A DNA stretch of 64,000 nt from Camelus dromedarius (taxonomy: Eukaryota): the NCBI RefSeq assembly GCF_036321535.1, contig NC_087437.1:106456001-106520000 (forward strand), in the 5' to 3' direction. A program made the translations under genes and the position numbers. Below are positions 12,805 through 23,640 of this stretch, one piece after another (the stretch's first letter is position 1; the number at the start of each line of letters is the position of its first letter). The notes under the pieces were generated by a model that saw nothing but the letters and a program-made list of their open reading frames with translations, was not told where the DNA came from and searched no databases.

Positions 12805-14216
12805 CTATGGAGAAAATAAGAGAACATAACTAAAAACAAAAACAGAAACATGGGCATGATGGCGGAAAATCACTCACACAATTCTACTGACCAAAGGGAA
12901 AAACAAAAACAAAAACACTGAATTAAAAACAAAACTTAACAAACATCCTGCGTTTGGGCTTCAGTATAAAACACAAGTAAACACAAAAACATAGGATATA
13001 TTTCCACAAAGACATCTTAGAATGCTGGATATTCTGTCTAATGGTACATCCAGTCCCTGTGAAAGCATCTCTCGCCCCCTCTCTCCCTCCTCAGTGCCAA
13101 CATCATCAGTTCCCATCCACCTCTTCTTCGTGGCATCTCTATTTATTTCACCCATTCGGAGGGCAGCCCTGGCCCTCAACTCCCCGTTTGTTGAGGTTTT
13201 TACTCTCCACTTACACCTGTCCCGTCTTCTAACTGATCTTCAGCCTCTTGTGTTTTCTGTCTTGATACATTCTTTTCTAACCCACCTCCCCTGAAACTAA
13301 GTACTGACTGCTTGTCAATCACACCTTTGTTGAGAGCATTCATCTTCTGCAGATCTCTCGGCAAAGTGTGTGCATTCAGGGCACCTCCAGAGACCCCTTC
13401 TGACCTGGGGTGCCCACGGCTCTCGCCCCCAGTCTGGGTCAAATCAAACTAATCAAATGGAGAGGTTGTACACTGGGGTGAGATTAGGGTTTTATTGGGT
13501 GGGGATAATTTTAATTCTTGAGGCAAATTCATCATGGCTAATAATTTTTTCAAACCCTCTTTCTTACCATATAAATGTGTATATATTTATATATATACAC
13601 ACACATATTTATGTTCCAAAACATAAATCCACCTCAAGGGAAGAGAGAAAAAAGTTGGAAATCTGCCAGGAAATCTCTCCTCGCAGGGAAACCAGTTAGA
13701 ATCACTGTAACAAAAGCTCTTTGTTCAAGAGACTCCAGGAAACAGAATCCCTCATTGTGCTCCCTGTTACCTGACCTAATTAACTTTTTTGTTTGAAACT
13801 GAAGAAAGGAGGCTTTTGAGCTGGAAGCCACAATCATCCCATCAGAGCCAGAAAAGAAGCCCTTGGGGTTACCAGTCCCTACACCTGCTCTCACACAGGA
13901 CAGATGTGGAGTCGTCTCTTACACAAGAGACCAACAGGAATTTTTCCAGTAGATTCCACTCAGATACTGTGCTTCACAATAGAAGGTCTTGATGGCGCGG
14001 GTCCTTTGTTGTTTCCCTTAATCCTATGATCACACTGGAACGCAATTTATGTAATCCCTGGGAATCCTAGGCAGGAAACGGTGGCTGTCACCCTCACGAG
14101 AACAAAAGAAAAAAGGCAGGAATCTCTCAAAAGAGAAACATACCATTATGGAGTTTAATCTTTAATTTATCAAGTTGAGTAATTATTCCTTACATAATTC
14201 AAACTTCCTCTTCATG

Positions 14217-14242
14217 AACTAACTAACTAACTAACTAACTAA
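14217..14242. repeat. (AACT)6 tetranucleotide microsatellite in intron 7
   Basis: aactaactaactaactaactaactaa. Confidence 0.9.
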
Positions 14243-15095
14243 GGGATTGAATGTGGAAGGCTGTTCAGAAGTCCTGCATGTCTGGTGTGTTACCTTGGGA
14301 GAGCCACCTGCGGAAATAGTTTCAACTTGCATTTAAGTCATCGTGACTTCATTTACTTATCCCCCCAAGCTACGATAAAATGCAAGAGAAAAAGGCTTGG
14401 AAAATTATATCCCCTGAGCCCTACCTATGTCATTGAAGGTTTCTAATGCTAAGTCAGGAGTTTTTTACTGTCTATTTCCAAGAGAAGATATGAAAATTCG
14501 ACATTGCAAATGTCCACAAGTGTGCTCAGGTGTCACTGGGGCATTTCTGCCTTCTGGCATCTGAAGTGCCTGCGCTCGACTCAGTCTCATTCCCTTGCCA
14601 CCGCAATAAACGTCTCAAGTTATGAGATGACTTAAAGGTACCCATCATGGCAATACGTCTTGCCAATGCAACCAAAGCTCCATCCGCCAGGCTCCCGGTG
14701 GTAACCCTCATTTGCACATGGAGTGCACATGCAGAGACCCCAACACATATGTACACGGACAAACACGTAAGTACACAATTGCAGAAACAGCTGGGAAGAC
14801 AAAACAGCAGCTTCAGCTTGTCTTAAAGAGAAGTCCCTAGAGATCGCAAGACGTATGCACCACAGCTAGTAAAAGAACACACCCATGGCCATGCTTGATT
14901 AGAGAAAGACGGAGATGTGTGCTCATGATGGAACGTACTGGAGGAGATGCCCGGCAATTAGAGAAACTGACAGAAACGTGGTTAGTGGTAGCAACAGACC
15001 CACTCCAAAGAACCAGGAAGACCCGTCTGTTACAAAGAGCAGAGTCAGTGGCGAGAAAGATGAAAGGTGGCCAGGCTGGAGGGAGGTCCACTTAC

Positions 15096-15263
15096 TGACG
15101 CTGCCACACACGGCCATGCAGTACTCCTCTGTGTCAAAGTTGTTTCGGTTGCCGCCACATCCGCCGTAAAAGAAGGGGGCGCACTTCCCTTCAGTCACAT
15201 CAAAGTACCAGCGGGAGATCATTGCTCGGCATGGCCCGGTCTCGGCTTGTTCAGAGCACACCT
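15096..15263 (-). CDS. APP: APP exon 7 (168 bp), Kunitz protease inhibitor (KPI) cassette exon (E)[55 protein letters not shown]
   Basis: Six Kunitz cysteines, P1 Arg in GPCRAM and the [12 protein letters not shown] signature are intact. Acceptor ctgattag|AGGTG, donor GTCA|gtaagt. Symmetric phase 1-1. Confidence 0.99.
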
Positions 15264-17769
15264 CTAATCAGAGGAGATGTGGGGAACCACATTTAGCATG
15301 AGAAGGTACGGCTCGCTGTTCAGTACCCACGCTTACTTTTCTTACCCTTTAGTCCTCCCAGCGGTAACCCGCGCTGGCTTTATTAGCATCTGCCAGACGC
15401 TTACTGAGGAATTCAATTATCTACCAGGACTTTAGAATTACCTCTGAGACAAAGCAGTGCCTGCTCGTCTGTTTAATGAGTGTCACTCTTAGGAGTAATA
15501 AAAGGATTCCAGCTAGAGGTGAACAGATCTTCTAGCTGCTGTTCCATTAATATTAAATGCCTAAAGATGTCCGCACATCAAAACGTTTCTTCACTATAAA
15601 AAAATAAGCTTCTCCTTTAAAATAAATTCAAATCCACTTTAAAGGTAAAAGGATTGTGTCTCGTTACAATGCGAAAAGTTTAGCCTCTCAAAAACGTTTT
15701 ACTGTTGTCCTGAATAAATGACTGCCTTGACTCAAAGTGTAAAGTAGTTGCACATATTCTGAATGGGATCCAGTTTTCAGAGACAGCCGCCTGTCCACTG
15801 ATTATATTTGAAAATATTCTGTATCTGTGAATGTTACTTAAAGTTGATTACATCAGCTCCTATTAAAGACAGAGTTTTAGTTGTGTATTTATCTGTCCCT
15901 TGGACAAAAATGTTCCAAAAAATAAAATGCAGTCAGACAGCTCTAGTTTGGAAATTCATATCACATTATTTTCCATTACAACACAGCTTACCTGTCAAGT
16001 GCCTTCCACCCTCCCCCAAATCAGTTGCATAATCCCTGATTGAAAGTGTAGCCACCTTTCTGATTCCATCCATCAAGTTATTGCGATTAGAATCAGCACT
16101 CTACCTCCCATGCATATCCCATTTTTGTTAGAAGTCAAAATAATTTTCCAACTCTGTTTGTGCCCTGCCCTGCCGATGCCTCAACACATTCCGATGTCTT
16201 GCTTCTTCTTAGTTTTTACTAACGTGCCAGGGGAAGGCACCCTTCTTCTAAAAGATAAAAGCCATGCATAACCCAGAGCTTCCTACTAGGAATATTCAAT
16301 AGACTGAGCCTAACCAGTCACTCAAAGACAAAGATCCACAGTGCTGCCGTGAAAGGGATCTGCTGTTTCGCTTCGCTGTCCATACCACCCATTGCTCTTT
16401 CCAGTCAAGGTAGTGGTGATGGCAAAACCAGAAGCTGCTGCCATCAAGCTGATGCCAACAGAGAAGGGAGAGGAACAGTCAGCATCGAGCCCAGAAGGCA
16501 AGTGTCAAACTCACTGCAGGAGAAATGTCCTGTGTAACAGATGTCTAGGAAGATTCTGGTTCTCTTTGGATGGAAAAATCTGGCTCCAGGAGCATCAAGG
16601 TCAATGTTATCCATCATCAAGGTCATCTCATTCGGTACAGTTATTTTGAAAGTCCGTGCTTGCCAAGCTATGATGTGTTTTTAACTAGCTTTCTGCATGG
16701 AATTCTGTATGATAAAAGTCTGCCAACCTGTTGACACAAGTATCTCATCCACTTGGCAATGTGATGTATCCCCCAATGAACTTACAAAGGGTAAGTTAGT
16801 TTCAGTTGGGGGTCAGGGGTCTGATCATCTCTGAGTTACTCACAAAGCAGCTTTGGGGCTGCAGAGCTAAGGGTCCCTGCAAATCACAGCCGTCAGCCGT
16901 CTCCAGTCCTGGATGTCACCTTCTCTCTCAGCTGTAAGAAACGTCTCCATGTTGGCTTTTCCCATCTTCTCCATACAGCCCTCACCAATCTGTATGTACA
17001 CGTCCACGTGACGTGCTTTCTCGTTTCTGACACATAACAATACTCATTCTTAATCGCTTGCTTGAGCTGTACCAATTCCAAAGACTTCCAGGTAACAGTA
17101 TCTTCTGAGTCGACCCTGTGGTTGGAGCTGGCACTGAAGTTGCAACTGGCCTCTGCTACCGTGGGGGGCACAGAAGCCTCCACATCATGGCATGACTGTA
17201 AGTCACAGGAGCACAGGCAGCGGAACTCACAGTGTCTCCACCGTTCATGCTGCTCCTCACATTTCACACCTGTTACAGCACCAAACACGTGTCCCCTGCT
17301 ACTTGCCTGCCACAGGCCCACAGGCTACATCACGGCTCTGCAGGGCCAGAACGCATCTTTCTGCTATGTCCAACGTACTAAATAAAAGTAGGTGTAATTT
17401 CAAGTGGGTGCAAGTCATGGGATCTCAAAGGAGATAATACATGCTAGATATCTGCCCTTGTATGTGACCTAGGAATGGTTTCTCACTTTCTGCAAAAGCG
17501 AAACTTCCCAGTCTAGAAATGAAACAACATTTACAATACATTGCCATTTTCCTATACTACAGTGAAACATTCATTTTTTTATTTCATTCATTTTTATTTT
17601 TCTTTTGCCTCATTCTCAATGGCTATGAAACCCTTTCTTAGTTAATTGGTAGAGCCCTAATCAACAAGAAAAAGCATCCAGGACTCAAAATCCCATTTAT
17701 ATGTTAACTAAGTAAACAGAATAAACGACACGATGAACCAACAACTCCTGTTGCGGTTTCCGTTTTTCA

Positions 17770-17805
17770 GACCCCTGACCCATCGACCCCTGACCCATCA
17801 ACCCC
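17770..17805. repeat. 15-bp tandem duplication (gacccctgacccatc)x2 plus a partial third copy
   Basis: Read directly from the sequence. Confidence 0.9.
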
Positions 17806-18614
17806 AAAAGGCAAAGAAAAGAGTGACGATCTCCACTTGGAGTGTTTTTTGGCTCTTCCTGATGTCATGGCTACTGGTACTCCCGAATTTAATGGCCCAA
17901 ATATTTTCATGACTTTGGGGTGTGTGGATATGGTGGGGAACAGCAATCATCCCCATGGTCCTCACATACCAGAGAATATTTGAGATAAGTTGGTCAGGAG
18001 TTGGTATAATAGTGTATGGTAATCTAGTGCCAAACGCGTAATGTATGGACGACTAGACATGTGTGAGCCTCAAGGAACAGGAGTGTGAATGCCTCTGTCA
18101 CTTTGGAACCTCCGATCTGCTGACGTGGCGCGAGTGTGTTCCAGGCGCTCTGGACCAGAGCAAGCGTGGGCAGGTGAGGAAGGGTGTCTTGTTATAATCC
18201 CTCCAGTTACCAGCATCGCCAATCAACCATCAACCTGGCATTGCCCATCCCTCTCCTCCTGGCTGTCCCTGGAATATCAATTTCTTAGAGCAGTAAAGTT
18301 GGTATCAGGGGGACTCGTGAGTGCAGGGGATCATTCTTCACCTCTCACTTATAACTACAGTCCCATTCTACTGGCGGGCACACGAGTGTTTGCTCTCTCT
18401 GACCTTGTTTCTAACCCTCATCATTACAAAAACACTGTCCCTGTAATTGGAAAGAAAACTTTTGCTTAGTCTGGGAGAGGTTGAGGGTAGACATGGGGTC
18501 AGGACAGGGGAAGGATTATGCAAATGATTTTGCACAAGATATTTATTAATAAGTATAAAGGAGATGGCCAATGACCCTCCAAAGAGAGAAGGTGGAGTAC
18601 ATACTTCGGCTGAA

Positions 18615-18780
18615 GAAGTGTTAAGTGATCAATGTCAAGTTCACAGTTGTGATATATTACTATAAATGGGGGAAAACTGGGTGAAGACTATCCAGGATAT
18701 TGTTCTATTAATTCTTTCACTGCATATGAATCTACAATTATCCCCCCAAAATGTGAAAAAAACAAGAACAAAAACAAAAA
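18615..18780 (+). mobile_element. Old L1M(C/D)-type 3' end fragment
   Basis: gggggaaaactgggtgaag...actgcatatgaatctacaattat plus an A-rich tail. Confidence 0.55.
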
Positions 18781-21699
18781 AACCCCATCGCATTAAGAAA
18801 CATCTAAGAGGAATGTTGGTAGTTCAGTTTGCCTCAGAATTCTAATCTTGTCTCTTTCCTTGAATCATTTATCATTTCAGACTAATTGCCCCGACTACAC
18901 ATTTCAGTTTGAGAACCTTTCCTTTAAATTCCTTTCTAGCAATGAGAAATTACCAAGAAATCTATCCAATCAAGATTCTGACAAAGTAAAATAATTTTAA
19001 AGGATTAAGTCTTGAAATACATAATTTGAGAGCTGCCAAGACTAGATTCAGAGACAAAAAAAATCTCAAGGGACACTTTAAATGCTTATGTTTACATTAT
19101 TATTTTTCTGAACAGAGAAACTTCTTCCTTACTAATCTATGGAAAACCCTGAAAAAAATTCAGTGAAAAAAATGTGTTTTCTCTTAATTGCTATAATCAC
19201 TCAGTGGGGAATTATTTATAGAATCATCCACTAAATGTAGAGCTTGTAAAATGAGACCTTACATAACTGTAACATCAAACAGAATTCATCTGAAAATTAA
19301 AAATGCATCTCCTTTATCTTATCATCATTCTTTCCTCAAAATCTAAAATAATAAATGAAAAGATTCACATTTTAAATTCTATATTTTTGAATTCCAATCC
19401 ACCTTCATTTCTATTCAAAATGAATGTTACGTGTAATAACGAAGGAGAAATTCTGCCCAGAATCGAAGCAGAGATAATTTTCAAAATGAATGTTTAAAGT
19501 TAGACAGAAACATAGGCACACACATCCAGAGAACTATAATCTTTGTTTATTCAATTTAATCCTTAAACTTTTAAGATCACAAATAGATTTCCTAATATTC
19601 ATCTAGCTGAATTCTGCTGGCAGGGAAGGCTTATCACTTCTTTTGTAATAGCTCTATTCACCCTTCGAGACAAAAGACCATTTAATAAACCAAAATGCTA
19701 GTGTACACGCTGCAGAATGAAAAAGTTGATGTGCTTAAAAAAACAAGCCTTACGCATTTTCTGTCTTTGTAAGGTAGGTCCTTGCTGAGATTTGTGCTGG
19801 TTTCAACACTAAATTCCATTATCTAAAAATCAGTATTATACAAACAGAATATAGAAGCAAAGTTAGAGCTTCCTGCATTATATAAAATGATTATGCGGTT
19901 CACTGTTCAAAATACAGTGCTTAACTATAAAAAGTAACTGAATAGATGTCAAATTGGAGCAAAAATATTTTGTGGTCAACCAAACTTAGAAAGCTATTTT
20001 ACACTAAAAAAAAAAAAAAATCAGCATGAAGACAGCTGTGAAAGTCGCAACCAGGAAGGGGAGAAAATCCCCACTTTCAAGAGTACAGTTATTATAATGC
20101 CTTCTTAAAAAGCCCAGTTGACAGATGTGCAAACAATTAGATTTCAATAATGCACTAAGTAAAGAATAATTTCATGCTGTAAAGCTTTTTTATTATTATT
20201 TCATTTTAATAACTGACTTTCTTCTATTCTCAAACTATAGGAAAGCATGTAAAATAAAACTGCATTACATGGCATGTATGAGTTTGAATTTACAAACGTT
20301 GAGAAAGTAACCACTTGAATAATCAAACCAATTAAACTAAAGAGTTATTTATAGAAATCTAGGACTTACATATTCTGATATTGTGGAAAAAAAAAAAACC
20401 CCAAAGTACCATAATTCCACTGTATGATGCAAGCATATATACACAATTAAAGTTCATTTGAGTTAAAAATGACGTATCTTGCAATTCTAGAGTAGGAAGG
20501 GAAAATGTATGAAGACAAACACAGTTTGGCCTGTAACAGATCACTTTAATTAATGCTAACAGTAAAAAAAAAAAAAAAAAAAAAAAAGAAAAGTAAAAAG
20601 CAGTAATATTGAAATCTACCAAATAGGCTTATCTTTAATATTTCAAATAAATGCTGATTTATCTGCCTAATCATTCAATCCATTAATAATGCAAATGGTT
20701 GGTGACCTCTATGTCGCTTTGTAACAGTTTACTTTTCAGCCTGATTAAGTTATTCCTACAATTCTAAATATACTGACTGAAACTTCAAGAGCCTGAGTGA
20801 TTAGAATCCATCTTATTGTTGAACCCCCAGTAGGCAAATTTGTTTGATTCTGACGTGAAAATTTTCATGAGTCCGAATACTAAAAGATCGATTATTTTTT
20901 CAAGAATGTATTTTTTGCAACAACAGAAATATGTACTTTTAATGGGAAGGAGAATTTATAATGTGCTTGCAAATATTAGGAAGTAGTAATCAAAAAAAAC
21001 ATGCCCCATAGAAAGTGACTCTGATCAAGGGCGACGGTGATCAGATGTTTATTACCTACTAACCGTATTTTACTAAATAGAGGCATGTAAAATTAGGCAA
21101 GCAAGCTTGAACTAAAGTCTTAGGACAAATCTCACTTAAGCCCCAAATATGGGTTGAAATCTATAAACAAACGATGGGAACAGCTGTGCACGGTAATGAA
21201 ATCACTGATTCAGTACGAAATGACGGTGCTAATTTGTCATGGAAGTCTCTAGAAGGTATCTGCAGTTGGCTTGCCTTTGACTGAATTGTGTTGATTCTCT
21301 AGGGCCATCCATGGCATGTGTCATTCCAATTATACCTGACCCAATTCTCACATCTCTCCGTGATGACAGATTATTTATAAAAACGCTACCTGAAAGAGAT
21401 CTACTTGTAAAGTGTTTAGACTAACCAGTACTGTCGTGCTGTGAGTATTCACAAAACAGCACCATTATTTTTCCCAATACTTCTATTTCCTGTTTGCTAT
21501 GGGAATAAACTTATTTGTCATCAAGCTGTGTGGTTAGTCGAAGCACAACAAAATATTACAAAAAGCTCTAAACTCTAAGACAAGATGTCATATACTTTGC
21601 TGGAAATGAGAGGAAGTGATTTTTTGTTTTTCTTGATGGAGAGGCAGGGTGTGTTGTGAAATCTGATTGTCTCCAGAAATACAAAGAAACAAAACTCTG

Positions 21700-21842
21700 A
21701 TTTATAGTATTTACTGACTTCCATGGTGTAAATACACCTACCATTGGGATTTCACACTACCAATGGCTGCGGCTCACAAAAATCCTCAATACTTAAATAA
21801 TCAGCTTTTACAGGCAGCAGGAGTTGGCCATACCACACCAAT
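21700..21842. mobile_element. MER63-like hAT-Blackjack remnant
   Basis: ttccatggtgtaaatacacctaccattgggatttcacactaccaa...ggctcacaaaaatcct...cacacca. Confidence 0.55.
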
Positions 21843-22104
21843 GAGAAGAAATAGGGGCACAAGAGAAACTAGTAACAATTAAGTAGGTCAGGAAATTGAG
21901 AGGGTTTTCTATTTTGCTTGGTCTTTTAGTTGAATTTTTATAAAATTACTCAGTATGTAGACAGAATTATTTCACACTTGGTGACATTTGAAAATATATT
22001 AAGAACAATGACACCATAGATAAGAATGGTTTTCCTTTGCAGTTTCCTACTCCCTGTCTCAATCTAAATCTGCACAGTATGGGGGCATGCAATGCTACGA
22101 GAGC

Positions 22105-22245
22105 CCATTTCTCCAAGTGTAGTCAGTCCATGAACCAGTAAGACAGCATCACCTGGGACTCAGGACTCACCCTGGACCTACTATCTCAGAACCTGTGTTT
22201 AGAAAGTGCCTCAGGTCACTTGTATGGGTATTAATGTTTGCACCA
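22105..22245. mobile_element. MER5-like hAT-Charlie remnant
   Basis: cagcatcacctggga...ggacctactatctcagaacctg...aggtcacttgtatg. Confidence 0.55.
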
Positions 22246-22433
22246 TGACCAACCATATCTTTTATGTACAGTTGAAATATCAAAAGTATATATGTAAGAT
22301 TCAATCAATCACTTTCCAAAACGACCAGAGGGAAAGGATGAGTAAAAAGTTCTACAGGTTTTAGCTTATTAAAAGAAGTGTTCATCTATTTGGGAAGTGG
22401 GGTATATAAATATTTTAGTAGAGTTGAAAGATT

Positions 22434-22490
22434 TATATATATATGTATATATACATACATATATATATATACATATATATATACATATAC
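22434..22490. repeat. Compound (TA)n/(TACA)n microsatellite
   Basis: tatatatatatgtatatatacatacatatatatatatacatatat... Confidence 0.9.
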
Positions 22491-23423
22491 ACCAAAAACT
22501 TAATTTTAAGAGATTATCTATACATATTTCGTTTACTCTGAAATTCTGTCTTATGCAAAATTAAAGCCGCTTCAATACTTCTGCCTTAAATCTAACACCA
22601 ATATAATATTTTTCTCACTCATATTTAAGTCTATGAAAACTCAGACTTCTCAGAAACCCAGATTTCATTGATATTGTTCTTGTAACATGTCAGAACATTA
22701 GAAATATCAAAGCTTTTATTTTTATTGGGAAAAATGATGAAGAAAGCTGACATAAGGTCGAGGAAAGATCACTGGGCTTGGAATTTATTTCCTTTGTACC
22801 ACTTCTCCGTAAGGAAGAATTACACGGTATGTTACTGCAAGAAAAGGATGCGCCTAGATATGAGAGTCAGGGGGTGAAAGGATGGTCCTGTAGTTCCATG
22901 CCCTTTTCTGGGAGAGACCGAACATGTCCACCTCGCCATGTTTAACTTGCTTCTGTCGTGGTACCCAGCGGGAAAAAATGGGCACCTTCCAGCCCAGAAC
23001 AGCAGTGTCCTTGATTGCTCTAAGGATGCTAACCACCATTTGCTATTTTATAACAGGGTACTAGGGGAGAGTGAATTTCTCTTGGAAGCATTAAACAACA
23101 AAACCAGGAAGGCAATTTTTCTCCATCTCTCGCTACCTATGTGGCAAGTATGCATATATAATTCTTTAAAAATAGTAACTGTATGCTGATTATCTCTCTA
23201 AGCTATAAGACTATACATTACACATCTTATCAAATATGTTTATCTTACTGAGTATAAACTTTTTTAACATATATTTTGTTTATTTTACATTTTCTTCTGA
23301 AATGAAAAAATGTTCACTGCTACCTACAATGTGCAAAGCACACAATGAGGTGTCACGGTTAATGTTAACATGAGACACAGTACTGTGGGGAGTTGGACAT
23401 CACTGTGGATCTCAGTATCACAG

Positions 23424-23640
23424 CCCAGTGCTTTGCAACCAGAGAGATTCTGCTTCCGACCCTCTGCCAAGGGACATCGATCAATGACATTTTTTGGTCG
23501 TCACACCTAGGAGGTGCTATGGGCATCAAGAGGGTAGAGGTGATAAATCCTGCCAAACATCCTGCAATGAACAGGACAATCTCCACAACAAAGAATTGTC
23601 CAGCCTAAAACATGAATAACACTGAGGTCGAGAAATCCTG
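23424..23640. mobile_element. MER20-like element
   Basis: gacattttttggtcgtcac...gggtagagg...aaacatcctgcaatgaacaggaca...caaagaattgtccagcc...gaggtcgagaaatcctg. Confidence 0.8.

Noticed and set aside
14217..14242. Tandem ACTAAC (QKI/branch-point-like) array in intron 7
   Set aside because: It is on the + strand. The APP pre-mRNA reads (GUUA)n, so it is only a microsatellite.
14923..15095. In-frame read-through of exon 7 into intron 7 (a possible secreted KPI-terminal isoform)
   Set aside because: The donor is a strong gtaagt, and an open stretch of ~57 codons can arise by chance. Nothing in the sequence shows that it is used.
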